Source: Microcoleus vaginatus GB1-A2
Lineage (GTDB): Bacteria; Cyanobacteriota; Cyanobacteriia; Cyanobacteriales; Microcoleaceae
DNA length: 40,000 bases
Direction: 5' to 3'
Assembly (NCBI GenBank): GCA_040004015.1
Contig: JAMPKS010000007.1
Span: 79,756-119,755 of the forward strand
Below the pieces are notes generated by a model that saw nothing but the letters and a program-made list of their open reading frames with translations, was not told the DNA's origin and did no database searches. Shown here one piece after another: positions 1 through 8,693 of this stretch (position 1 is its first letter; every line of letters starts with the position of its first letter). The translations under genes and the position numbers were made by a program.

Positions 1-766
1 GTAAGGCGGCATCTGATAAACCGCTGTATTCTTCCGTTCCACCGCCGACGCAGCCATGCTCGCCTGGAAACCAAACTTGAATAACCCGCTGGTTCTCAGC
101 ATCAGGATCTTTCTTCATCAGGGTAACATCGAAGATTTCGCGAATTTCGTCGATCGCCACGGCGTGCAACGCATTCTGAATCGACTTATTTAAAGTGGTG
201 TCGTGGAATCTGTACCTTTTATTGAGCTGTTCGTGATACTTCTTGAAGGCGGGTAGAGTAGGAATACCAAGGGCTCCAACGGTGTCGAAACAACCAAGCA
301 AGGTAATCGGGACGCGCTTGCCGTTATCTTTGCCGTATTCTTCGCGGTAATTGGCTGCTATCTTATCCTTTGGTTTAATGTCTCGGTTACGGTAAAGTTC
401 GTAAGCTTGTGATGCCCTGGTAATATGAGGGCGGTCTAGGAGACCGGAGCAATGGATCATCCCCGCTAGACTCCTGACTGTGTAAGCACCGCGACTGAAC
501 CCGAATAGATAGATTTCGTCACCACGCTCATAGTTGAGAGAAAGAAAACGATAGGCATCTTGTATATTTCTATCGATTCCCAGTCCAGTGGCTCCGCCCA
601 AAATCTTGTTACTATCCGATCCAATTCCCTCGTCATAAAACACGATCTGCGGTACCCCGTCACTGGCGGTCGATTTCACTGCCTGGGCCAGCTTAATCAC
701 ATTACTTGGGTAACTACTATTTAGTTGTTGCCAAGTTCCATCACAGCAAACGATCAGACGTTTCAT
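1..766 (-). CDS. DUF2235-family alpha/beta hydrolase (Tle1-like lipase fold); the C-terminal part runs off the left edge
   Basis: This ORF is absent from the supplied track because it has no stop codon in the window. Reverse-strand translation from the ATG at 764-766 gives MKRLIVCCDGTWQQLNSSYPSNVIKLAQAV...GDEIYLFGFSRGAYTVRSLAGMI...LLGCFDTVGALG...VWFPGEHGCVGGG. It carries the CCDGTW, GFSRGA nucleophile-elbow and FDTVG motifs typical of DUF2235. Confidence 0.8.
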   Translation of the reverse strand, partial: MKRLIVCCDGTWQQLNSSYPSNVIKLAQAVKSTASDGVPQIVFYDEGIGSDSNKILGGATGLGIDRNIQDAYRFLSLNYERGDEIYLFGFSRGAYTVRSLAGMIHCSGLLDRPHITRASQAYELYRNRDIKPKDKIAANYREEYGKDNGKRVPITLLGCFDTVGALGIPTLPAFKKYHEQLNKRYRFHDTTLNKSIQNALHAVAIDEIREIFDVTLMKKDPDAENQRVIQVWFPGEHGCVGGGTEEYSGLSDAAL

Positions 767-1020
767 TTTTATATTCTCTCTTTGAATCTGAAATTTGAGA
801 GCGAGCTGTCATTGGCAATCGGTTATTTGAGATCGCCAATTCCCGCTTTTCGAGCACTTCAGGCGATCGCTCCTCATTTTTTGCTCGAAATTTGGATCTG
901 GCGGGCCAATCTTTAGCTATTTCCGTTCTCAGGATATTAGTTCTAAAACACCATCCCGTCTAGTTTGTTGTATTAAAATGTCAATTTTATTTATTTTTCT
1001 TAATTAAAAAAATTAATAGC

Positions 1021-1129
1021 GTGGAATCATAGGTTGGGTTCTGGGAAAATGCTCGATTCTCCTAAAACGTAAAAATTTCAGAGCGTGAAATCGTAGGTTT
1101 GGTTCTGGGAAAATGCTCGATTCTCCTAA
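1021..1129. repeat. Two 45-bp direct repeats (1021-1065 and 1085-1129) with a 64-bp period
   Basis: GTGGAATCATAGGTTGGGTTCTGGGAAAATGCTCGATTCTCCTAA versus GTGAAATCGTAGGTTTGGTTCTGGGAAAATGCTCGATTCTCCTAA, 42/45 identical, separated by a 19-bp spacer. Confidence 0.9.
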
Positions 1130-1209
1130 CTGGAGGATTGAGCCGACGCCCTAGCTAACAAACCTTTAAACAGATTTACGCTCTGCTTTGTTAGCTTTTA
1201 CAACAGCTA

Positions 1210-2230
1210 TACAGCACTTCCGGATGTTATGAGGTACAGTAGCAGCAATTAGTAAACCAGTTTTTAAGATGTTTCGGATTAATTAAGTCAAGAGCCACAG
1301 CAATTATCGTGTCAACCATTTTAGTGCTGGTTGGTGAAAACTGGATCAATAAAGATTTGAGTTGCGACCACCATAATTCAATTGGATTAAAATCAGGAGA
1401 GTATGGGGACAAACACAAGATGGAAGCACCCACCGCTTCAATCATAGGCTTAATTGAATCTACTTTATGCGCTGGTAAGTTATCCATCACTACTACTGCT
1501 CCCGACCACAATTTTGGCACTAAACATTTCTCCATAAACACCTCAAATGCTTGGCTATCCATCGAGTTGTCTATGGTCATTAATGCCACTACTTGCGTGA
1601 GACTAATTGCACCAATTACTGTGACTTTCTTACCTCGATAAAAAGGTTTGACCGCATAGGCTCTCGTTCCTTGTTGGGAACGTGCATGAGTTCTGGTTAA
1701 ACAAGCGTAATACTCCAGTCTCATCTAAAAATACTAGATTTTTTGGGTCGATATGCTTAACTTTTTCCCAATACTCTAACCTTAATTTCATGACTCTTTC
1801 AGTGCCGGCTTGGCTACTTCTCACTGTTTTTTTTTACGATTTAATCCCAACTTTTGTAAGGCATTACACATGGCTGTTCTACCCACCCAATTTCCCGTCT
1901 TCTGGGCAAATAACTCACACAATTCTAGTAAGGTTGCATCGGGATGTGCTGCCACTATTTCTCTCAACTCTGCTGTGGAATTATTCAAATGACTGTATCT
2001 CGGTTTCCCCCTGGGTAAGGGCTGTAAATTCCCCTCTATTTTTTGTTGCTTGACCAGTTTTTGAACTAAGCTTTTACTGACGGAAAATATCGCTGCTGTT
2101 TTTCTGATCGACAGCTTCTGATCTTGATGGGCTGCTACTATTTTTGTTCGCAAATCTACTGAATATGCTTTCATTGGTGTATTTTTTTTATCTATTCTTA
2201 TTGTACCTCATAACACCCGGAAGTGCTGTA
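1210..2230 (-). mobile_element. IS630/Tc1-mariner family insertion sequence (about 1.0 kb) with terminal inverted repeats and a TA target-site duplication
   Basis: The 26-bp IRs are CAGCACTTCCGGATGTTATGAGGTAC (1212-1237) and its reverse complement at 2203-2228, matching 25/26. Each is flanked by TA (1210-1211 and 2229-2230). The internal ORFs show IS630 hallmarks. Confidence 0.85.
1227..2174 (-). pseudogene. IS630-family DDE transposase split over three reading frames
   Basis: ORF 1821..2174 is the HTH N-terminus and ends in NRKKKQ* on an A9 run (T9 at 1827-1835 on the + strand). The next frame is -1 relative to it and continues with ...LEYWEKVKHIDPKNLVFLDETGV. A second frame change near 1700-1715 is needed to reach LTRTHARSQQGTRAY...DNLPAHK...YSPDFNPIELWWSQLK. 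The A9 site fits programmed -1 slippage, but the second shift looks like a genuine indel. Confidence 0.75.
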
Positions 2231-2276
2231 TCTTATCGATTTGTCAGTGGGCTGCAAGATAATAGTGACGTATTGA

Positions 2277-2311
2277 CCGCACCCATAGCAGGTTCGATGC
2301 TCTGGGTGCGG
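2277..2311. terminator. Perfect 9-bp stem hairpin (CCGCACCCA-N17-TGGGTGCGG) between the MFS gene 3' end and the IS630 end
   Basis: The inverted repeat was read directly from the sequence. T-rich sequence (TTAAAATTTGTTT) follows only on the + strand, so assigning it as the terminator of the minus-strand MFS gene is uncertain. Confidence 0.3.
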
Positions 2312-2418
2312 TTAAAATTTGTTTCAGTCACTTTAAGCTTTTCTGCCATGTGCTTGAAGTTTTTAACAATCTATGGGCTTTTCGGGTTTCTCGATCGATA
2401 AATTTGTGCGAAAATTTC

Positions 2419-3858
2419 CTAGCCCCGGTTAAATTGGAAACGTCCAAAAGTGGGGACGATCGACCGCAGCGACAAGCTGCGGGGTTCTCGCACCAAAATC
2501 AAAGGCAGCAAGCCTACCAACCGCACAGCAGCCGAAAGGGCAAACAGTGCTCCCAAACTCATGCCCGGAAGTTCGACAAGAAAGCCGCCGGCGGTAGTTC
2601 CCAAAGCCCCTGCTACTCCCGAAACTGCTGCGGCGATCGCAAAATAAGTCGAGGGTTGCTCGATCGGCGCTATCTCCATTTGAATATTGTTAGTACAAAG
2701 CCCGATCGCCCCTAAAGTCGTTCCCCCCAGCAAGTGCAGCAGCGGCAGCCACACCCACACGGCAAACGGGTAATTGCCCGTACCCAACCACAGCAAAGGC
2801 GTTACAGCCACCACCAGCCCAACAGCAATTAGCAGGGGGCGATTTCCCCAGCGATCGGCCAACTTGCCCCAAAACATCAGCAGCAGTAGATTAGCCCCGG
2901 AACTGAAGCTGCTGTAAATCGTTACCAAACTCACATCCAAGCTTAATTCTTTCAGCAGGTAGATATTAAAAAATGGCGCGCTGAGATTAACTGCAAATGT
3001 CCACACGCTGAAGTAAAGAATAAACATTAAGAAATTAGAATCTTTCAGCACAGAAGGCACAAAATCTGTTATTTGCTTTTCTTTTTTCTTTGTAACTCGA
3101 TGCCTCTCTGCATCTTTTTTATATAGCTGGGGATTCACATCAACCATGAAGAATTGACACCCCAAACTAATCATTCCCGCCAAAACACCCACCAATAAAA
3201 CAATACCGTAGCCCAAAATTGGATCGGCGCCCCAAGTTGACACTCCCCATCCCATCAACGGCACTCCTAGCAAAGTTATGAGGCTCAGAGCACTGTTGCG
3301 AAAGCCAAAATAGCGTCCCCGCAAGCGGTGAGGAACCACGGCAGCCATCCAACTGAACCAGTTAGAATTGGCAAAAGCTCCCAGCACGCTAGCTGCTACG
3401 ACTGTTACCAGCGTCCATTGCAGCAGTTGGTGGGGGTCTGCGTACTGGGAACCCCAAACAATTGCCACCGCGAACATCAGCCACAGCAGCCGCGACACGC
3501 CGAATATCCCTAGGTTGTACCAGTGGCGGCTGGTTGTGCGGTCTGCGATGTAGGCTCCTAATGGCTGCAGGAGATTTACCACCATCGGAATAGCCGAGAA
3601 TATACCTATTTCCACGCTGCTGGCGCCGAGTTGCAGCAAGAAGTTGCTCAGCAGGACACCGCCGGTCGCCGACTCAAAGACAGTGGCAAAAACACCGTCT
3701 ACAGTTGAGGCTTTCAGGGTCGATCGCACCTCTTGTTTAGAAATTTTGAGAGCTGTTTTTGGAGATAGAACAAGCTTAAATATTTTCTTGTCTAGTATTT
3801 CTGGAGTCTGAAGAGATAGAGGTTCATTTAACTGTGCAACTGGTTCAAACATAGTCAT
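2419..3858 (-). CDS. MFS-type transporter (multi-pass membrane protein)
   Basis: The 479-aa ORF has about 12 hydrophobic segments and a central charged loop (YKKDAERHRVTKKKEKQ). The overlapping ORFs on the other strand look like composition artefacts. Confidence 0.75.
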   Translation of the reverse strand: MTMFEPVAQLNEPLSLQTPEILDKKIFKLVLSPKTALKISKQEVRSTLKASTVDGVFATVFESATGGVLLSNFLLQLGASSVEIGIFSAIPMVVNLLQPLGAYIADRTTSRHWYNLGIFGVSRLLWLMFAVAIVWGSQYADPHQLLQWTLVTVVAASVLGAFANSNWFSWMAAVVPHRLRGRYFGFRNSALSLITLLGVPLMGWGVSTWGADPILGYGIVLLVGVLAGMISLGCQFFMVDVNPQLYKKDAERHRVTKKKEKQITDFVPSVLKDSNFLMFILYFSVWTFAVNLSAPFFNIYLLKELSLDVSLVTIYSSFSSGANLLLLMFWGKLADRWGNRPLLIAVGLVVAVTPLLWLGTGNYPFAVWVWLPLLHLLGGTTLGAIGLCTNNIQMEIAPIEQPSTYFAIAAAVSGVAGALGTTAGGFLVELPGMSLGALFALSAAVRLVGLLPLILVREPRSLSLRSIVPTFGRFQFNRG

Positions 3859-4152
3859 AGGATTTTAGCTGTAGATTAAAGAATTGCCAAATCTTGGTTG
3901 GGCAAGGGTTTGAGGCTGGCTGGCCATTAAATTTTTTTTCACGCGCAGGTGTCAAGAAAATTTAATCTTGCTGCTAGAAATTGCTAAGCTAGCCTCTTAA
4001 GATAAAACCAGCCCGGCCTTCAAGGTGTTAGCTTGAAAGCTAGACTGGCACTTCCGGGTAATTGTTATTAATATAGATGGCAAGCGATCGCTGACACATC
4101 AACCGCTTGGGAGATATAAATTTGCTAATTGTACAAAAGTAGGTTTTAGGGC

Positions 4153-4581
4153 TTAACAAGGAAGCGAACTCAGCACTTCGCCTGCCAAAAATTGCTCGAA
4201 TTCCGCCTCAAACAAGTCGCCCCAAGGGCCAAAACAAATTTCGCGCGAGATCCTCCATTCCGCTCTCAAACCTTTACGGCTGGCTAAATCTATAGAATGT
4301 AAGACGATCGACTTGCCGAGTATAGCTGCTAACTCCAGCCCTCGGGCCAGGGCGGCAATTCCCTCTGGGGCGACAGCATCCACTTGCTGCATATCCACAA
4401 CAACTCCAAGGGCAGCATTTTCTAAAGCTTGCTCCAAATTATGTTGGAAATCTAGGACAGCTATGCCGCCGAGACAGCCCTTGGGTTGCAAAACAATGGT
4501 GTTGGATGCGGCGGTTTCTGGATCTAGCTGAGCGGTTGAACCCGAAACAACTGAAGGAATGAGGTTAGTGGCGGTCTTCAT
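4153..4581 (-). CDS. STAS-domain protein (anti-sigma-factor antagonist-like)
   Basis: The internal ATG at 4579-4581 is preceded by GGGGGAAGAAAG. The product MKTATNLIPSV...IVLQPKGCLGGIAVLDFQHNLEQALENAALGVVVDMQQVDAVAPEGIAALARGLELAAILGKSIVLHSI has a SpoIIAA/STAS-like architecture. The 96 codons upstream in the same frame belong to an IscB remnant. Confidence 0.65.
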   Translation of the reverse strand: MKTATNLIPSVVSGSTAQLDPETAASNTIVLQPKGCLGGIAVLDFQHNLEQALENAALGVVVDMQQVDAVAPEGIAALARGLELAAILGKSIVLHSIDLASRKGLRAEWRISREICFGPWGDLFEAEFEQFLAGEVLSSLPC

Positions 4582-4599
4582 CTTTCTTCCCCCTGGGAG

Positions 4600-4869
4600 A
4601 CTCTCAACATAGCTGTACTGAGCACGGGGTAGATGGGAGGAAAAAGGGTGCAACGTCTGTGGGAGATAGCTATAACCATCTTTTTTTTGAACCTGTTTAC
4701 AGTATTTGTACTTAATTCCAGGAATCTGTTTGTTCAGTCCAAGCGATCGAAATCGAGATTCCGGGTTTTTTGTGAAAATCACAGGCACGTGCCCGTAAGG
4801 CTTCGGAGTCGGTTGTTGGCGAGCGCACCTCAAGAAAAGGGTGGCTGCGATCGGCAACTCGCAGGGCAA
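4600..4869 (-). pseudogene. Decayed 3' fragment of a second IscB-type element (C-terminal domain plus right-end sequence)
   Basis: The translation ...GLNKQIPGIKYKYCKQVQKKDGYSY (KKDGYSY at 4666-4686) parallels the C-terminus of the intact IscB, GRVAGISHKYCRAIHKKDGYSYGF*. Downstream, TTTTTCCTCCCATCTAC (4629-4646, minus strand) matches CTTTCCTCCCCATGTCTAC at 13711-13729. Confidence 0.6.
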
Positions 4870-4878
4870 AATTATGAC

Positions 4879-4908
4879 TTGACAAAATTTACGCTAACTG
4901 CTGATAAT
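4879..4908 (+). promoter_or_regulatory. Sigma70-type promoter candidate for cbiD (TTGACA-N18-GATAAT)
   Basis: TTGACA lies at 4879-4884 and GATAAT at 4903-4908, about 90 nt upstream of the cbiD start. Confidence 0.45.
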
Positions 4909-4997
4909 AGCAAACCTTAGAATTAAACTTAAATGTTTGAGGGGTATCACTGCTACTGTGTGATATCGATCGTCGGCAAATTTACGGATTTCTGAAT

Positions 4998-6185
4998 TTG
5001 AGCGTGACCAAAACTAAACCTTTATCCGGGTATACACTGCCAGTATTTGCGTGTGCGGCCGCACTTGCAGCTTTGCGGTGCTTGCGTGAGGGTATTCAGT
5101 CTCTAGAGAGCGTATCAGTAAATTTACTGGAACCGCAAATAACGGCAGAAATTCCGATCGAGCAGGCGTCTGTACTCAAAACTGGTACAGCTTTAGGCGT
5201 GACTCGCTCCGATCCGGGGGAAAACCTCGATCTGACTCGCAATACCCCCGTTTGGGCAATGGTGGAATTGGGCCCAGGGGGAGAGGGGGAAAGCGGGAGA
5301 GAGGGAGAGAGGGAGACGGGGAGAGAGGGAGAGAATCGGGGAGAGGGAGAGCAAATTGTCATTCTCGGCGGTGAAGGTATAGGGCGTCACACAGTCGGTG
5401 GAGGGGCGGCGATCTATGATTACGCAATGCGGCTGCTGCGATCGAATCTGAGCCGAGAACTCGCACCGTCGGAAAAAATTACTGTCACCCTGATTCTGCC
5501 GTCAGGGCGCCAACTAGCCACCCGCACTTCTAACGAAGCTTTCGGTGTGGTAGAAGGACTTTCGCTGCTGGGTACAACGGGCATTTCTCAACCGCTGAGC
5601 GCCCCCGGACAGTTGGAAGTTTACCGCGAACAACTGCAACAAAAAGCCGAACTGTTTGACACTTTAGTGTTCTGCATCGGCGAAAACGGCTTGGATTTGG
5701 CGCGACAACTAGGGATTAATCCTGATAGGCTCGTCAAAACCGCTAACTGGCTCGGCCCGCTGCTGGTAGAAGCAGGATGTCAGGGCGTGCGATCGATTTT
5801 GCTGTTTGGCTATCACGGGAAACTGATGAAATTGGCGGCGGGAATTTTTCACACTCACCACCACCTCGCCGACGGGCGCAGGGAAATTCTCACAGCTTAC
5901 TGTGCTAAAGCTGGAATGCCCGCCGATGCGTGTTCCGCGATTTTTGCCGCAGCGACAGCCGAAGACGCTCTCGGGCAACTGCGGGCTTTGGACGCCCAAA
6001 CAGGCAGCAATTGGGTCGATCGAATTTACGGGGACATCGCCCGACAAATAGACTTGCGGTCATCGGATTGCATTTTTACTCACACTAACTTGCGCATCCC
6101 CGTGGGCTCGGTGATGTTCGGGCGCGATCGCAAAATTATTGTTAAAAGTGACATAGGAGATACATTTATGACCCAAATTTGTTAA
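4998..6185 (+). CDS. cbiD: Cobalt-precorrin-5B (C1)-methyltransferase CbiD
   Basis: The 395-aa ORF contains GYTLPVFACAAALAAL, IVILGGEGIGRHT, GLSLLGTTGISQPLS and LLFGYHGKLMKLAAGIFHTHH, which are typical of CbiD. The start is TTG at 4998 or GTG at 5004. Confidence 0.85.
   Translation: MSVTKTKPLSGYTLPVFACAAALAALRCLREGIQSLESVSVNLLEPQITAEIPIEQASVLKTGTALGVTRSDPGENLDLTRNTPVWAMVELGPGGEGESGREGERETGREGENRGEGEQIVILGGEGIGRHTVGGGAAIYDYAMRLLRSNLSRELAPSEKITVTLILPSGRQLATRTSNEAFGVVEGLSLLGTTGISQPLSAPGQLEVYREQLQQKAELFDTLVFCIGENGLDLARQLGINPDRLVKTANWLGPLLVEAGCQGVRSILLFGYHGKLMKLAAGIFHTHHHLADGRREILTAYCAKAGMPADACSAIFAAATAEDALGQLRALDAQTGSNWVDRIYGDIARQIDLRSSDCIFTHTNLRIPVGSVMFGRDRKIIVKSDIGDTFMTQIC
5276..5352 (+). repeat. 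Polypurine GGGAGA-type low-complexity tract of about 77 nt, in frame inside cbiD
   Basis: The sequence GGGGGAGAGGGGGAAAGCGGGAGAGAGGGAGAGAGGGAGACGGGGAGAGAGGGAGAGAATCGGGGAGAGGGAGAG encodes GGEGESGREGERETGREGENRGEGE. Confidence 0.9.
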
Positions 6186-6197
6186 TCTAGTGTGAAT

Positions 6198-6232
6198 ATC
6201 CCTGAATTTTGTTTAAAACATCGGTCAGGGAT
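6198..6232 (+). terminator. Hairpin downstream of cbiD (ATCCCTGA-N19-TCAGGGAT)
   Basis: An 8-bp perfect stem starts 13 nt after the cbiD stop and is followed by AATATTT. The large loop makes a terminator role only tentative. Confidence 0.35.
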
Positions 6233-6520
6233 AATATTTAACAAGTAATAATTCTTTGTCCCTAGACCTTAATTATACTAGGTTGCTTGGGGACGCAGTT
6301 TTTGACGCCAGAGTTCAATTAATTAGGGTAAGGATTTAAGTAAATCTATGCTTGCCCTCGACCTTATTAATCGACTACGAGCGCTGACTGCAATCTAGTA
6401 TAAATAAGATTTATTCCTAGCGACTAATGCTTGCTCGGTTTCCTCAGTATTGTAGTGAAGCCGCGACAAATACCTCCCCTACTTTCTGCCCAATTAGCAC
6501 TTAGCAATTACGCAATAACC

Positions 6521-8134
6521 GTGACTACTCAAATAGAAACTGAATCAGTCCTCACAAACTCTTTTGTGGAGCAGATAGAGCGCCAGATTATCGTGATTCT
6601 CGACTTCGGTTCGCAATATTCCGAACTGATTGCTCGTCGAATTCGCGAAACTCAAGTATATTCAGAAGTTATTTCTTACCGCACTACGGCAGAACAGTTA
6701 AAAGCTATCAATCCTAAAGGAATTATTCTTTCAGGAGGCCCAAGTTCTGTATACGATGAAAAAGCACCCCACTGCGACCCAGAAATTTGGAATTTGGGAA
6801 TACCGGTGTTGGGAGTGTGTTACGGGATGCAGTTGATGGTAAAGCAGCTCGGAGGCACGGTTGAGCGATCTAAATTAGCCGAATACGGCAAGGCATCGTT
6901 ATTTATTGACGATCCTACGGATTTGCTGACAAATGTCGAAGAGGGCAGCACTATGTGGATGAGCCACGGAGACTCCTGTACTGAGCTGCCGGCGGGTTTT
7001 GAGATCCTCGCTCACACGGACAATACTCCGTCTGCTGCTGTTGCTAACCACGAGAAAAATTTGTACGGCGTTCAGTTTCACCCAGAAGTAGTTCACTCGA
7101 TCGGGGGAATAGCTTTAATTCGCAATTTTGTTTACCACATTTGCGAGTGCGAACCGACTTGGACGACTGCTACTTTTGTGGAGCAATCGATTCGCGAAAT
7201 TCGAGAGCAAGTCGGAGACAAACGAGTTTTGCTGGCTCTATCGGGCGGTGTAGATTCTTCTACTTTGGCTTTCTTGCTGCACAAGGCGATCGGCGACAAA
7301 CTTACCTGTATGTTTATCGACCAAGGGTTTATGCGGAAGTATGAACCAGAACGGTTGGTAAAATTATTTAAAGAGCAATTCCACATTGACGTTGAGTATG
7401 TTAATGCTCGCGAACGCTTTTTAGCTCAACTTGAAGGGATTACCGATCCGGAAGTAAAACGCAAGCGGATCGGTCACGAGTTTATCAACGTATTTGAAGA
7501 AGAATCGAAGCGTCTGGGCCCCTTCGACTACCTCGCACAAGGTACTCTTTATCCTGATGTGATTGAGTCGGCTGACACTAATGTAGACCCGAAAAGCGGC
7601 GAGCGAGTTGCTGTTAAAATTAAAAGCCACCACAACGTGGGGGGTTTGCCGAAAGATTTGCGATTTAAGCTGATTGAACCGCTGCGAAAACTGTTTAAGG
7701 ATGAAGTGCGAAAAGTCGGCCGGTCGATCGGGCTTCCCGAAGAAATTGTGAACCGACAACCTTTCCCCGGCCCGGGATTGGCGATTCGGATTATAGGAGA
7801 AGTTACCGCAGAGAGACTAAATATTTTGCGAGATGCTGACTTCATTGTTCGCCAAGAAATTAACCGCCACGGATTGTACGGTGAACTTTGGCAAGCTTTT
7901 GCTGTTTTGCTACCGGTTCGCAGTGTAGGCGTGATGGGCGATCAGCGCACTTATGCTTACCCGATCGTTCTGCGGTTTATTAAGAGTGAAGACGGGATGA
8001 CGGCTGATTGGGCGCGGGTTCCTTACGATTTGTTGGAACTGATCTCGAATCGGATTGTGAATGAGGTTAAGGGGGTGAATCGGGTGGTTTACGATATTAC
8101 TTCTAAGCCGCCGGGTACGATCGAATGGGAATAA
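6521..8134 (+). CDS. guaA: GMP synthase (glutamine-hydrolysing)
   Basis: The ORF contains [36 protein letters not shown] (ATP-PPase P-loop) and the C-terminal PPGTIEWE. The track ORF starts at TTG 6431, but GTG at 6521 gives a length closer to typical GuaA, so the start is uncertain. Confidence 0.9.
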   Translation: MTTQIETESVLTNSFVEQIERQIIVILDFGSQYSELIARRIRETQVYSEVISYRTTAEQLKAINPKGIILSGGPSSVYDEKAPHCDPEIWNLGIPVLGVCYGMQLMVKQLGGTVERSKLAEYGKASLFIDDPTDLLTNVEEGSTMWMSHGDSCTELPAGFEILAHTDNTPSAAVANHEKNLYGVQFHPEVVHSIGGIALIRNFVYHICECEPTWTTATFVEQSIREIREQVGDKRVLLALSGGVDSSTLAFLLHKAIGDKLTCMFIDQGFMRKYEPERLVKLFKEQFHIDVEYVNARERFLAQLEGITDPEVKRKRIGHEFINVFEEESKRLGPFDYLAQGTLYPDVIESADTNVDPKSGERVAVKIKSHHNVGGLPKDLRFKLIEPLRKLFKDEVRKVGRSIGLPEEIVNRQPFPGPGLAIRIIGEVTAERLNILRDADFIVRQEINRHGLYGELWQAFAVLLPVRSVGVMGDQRTYAYPIVLRFIKSEDGMTADWARVPYDLLELISNRIVNEVKGVNRVVYDITSKPPGTIEWE

Positions 8135-8181
8135 TATCGCGTTCGATTGGCGGCTTGCGATCTTCAATTTTCGAGAGTTCT

Positions 8182-8232
8182 AAATGTTATGTGCAAGTCA
8201 TGTAATTAACGCGGGACTTACACATAACATTT
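8182..8232. repeat. 18-bp inverted repeat hairpin (AAATGTTATGTGCAAGTC / GACTTACACATAACATTT) with a 15-nt loop
   Basis: There is one mismatch in 18 bp. It lies 48 nt downstream of the guaA stop and immediately precedes the truncated GNAT reading frame. It may be the guaA terminator or a rearrangement scar. Confidence 0.6.
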
Positions 8233-8672
8233 ATATTTGCTATCGAAGACACAAATGTATGGGTGGCGATCGCCGCTGATTCAACCGTGGGTTTTGTAGC
8301 TGTGAAACTAGATTCCGAGTCGCGCATGGGTGAAATCTACATGGTAGCTGTCGATCCCGACTTTCAAGGTAACGGGATTGGCACTGCTTTGATGGAATTC
8401 GTTCTTATAGCAACAGCCCTATCGCTTAGTACATAAATAACTATCATGAATAGAGTCTAAAAGAAGCGTTTCATAAACGGTTTGATTCGGGTAGCATAAC
8501 TGTCAACAGTCAATTGTCAACTGTCAACTACTATAATTGGATGAAAGATGCTGGGATGGCTGTTGCTATGGTCGAGACTGGAGGCGATCGCGGTTATGAA
8601 AGAGCGCGTCGCACTTATCAAAAGCTGGGCTTCGGGCTGTTGCCGATCGCCCGATATTTCAAGAAGCTCTAG
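8206..8672 (+). pseudogene. GNAT-family N-acetyltransferase remnant, N-terminally truncated and split by an insertion of about 100-130 bp
   Basis: Frame 1 reads ...IEDTNVWVAIAADSTVGFVAVKLDSESRMGEIYMVAVDPDFQGNGIGTALMEF (motif A, Q/RxxGxG), then runs into unrelated sequence with a stop near 8436. After the insertion, WMKDAGMAVAMVETGGDRGYERARRTYQKLGFGLLPIARYFKKL* occupies 8538-8672. Confidence 0.65.
8498..8532. repeat. STRR heptamer array (AACTGTC-type, 5 units) inside the GNAT-disrupting insertion
   Basis: The units are AACTGTC AACAGTC AATTGTC AACTGTC AACTACT, the reverse complement of the array family at 16946-16987. Confidence 0.85.
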
Positions 8673-8693
8673 GTACGCAGGAATTGAAAGCCG

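Noticed and set aside
1021-1129. Possible mini-CRISPR array (two 45-bp repeats)
   Set aside because: There are only two units, the 19-bp spacer is far too short, and there is no further periodicity. It is treated as a plain direct repeat.
2144-2715. + strand ORFs 2144..2401 and 2350..2715
   Set aside because: The first spans the IS630 end and flanking non-coding DNA. The second is antisense to the MFS transporter 3' end and has Arg/Ser/Gln-rich junk composition.
4582-4869. N-terminal 96-aa extension of the STAS ORF as real coding sequence
   Set aside because: The extension is homologous to an IscB C-terminus plus non-coding element end. An internal ATG with a purine-rich RBS gives a normal-size STAS protein.
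4870-4997. Cobalamin riboswitch upstream of cbiD
   Set aside because: No B12-box-like sequence or conserved riboswitch core could be recognised. The leader is short and AT-rich, and only a sigma70-like promoter is apparent.
6431-6520. TTG-initiated 30-aa N-terminal extension of guaA
   Set aside because: The extension ([30 protein letters not shown]) does not resemble a GuaA N-terminus. GTG at 6521 gives a more typical length. This remains uncertain without an alignment.
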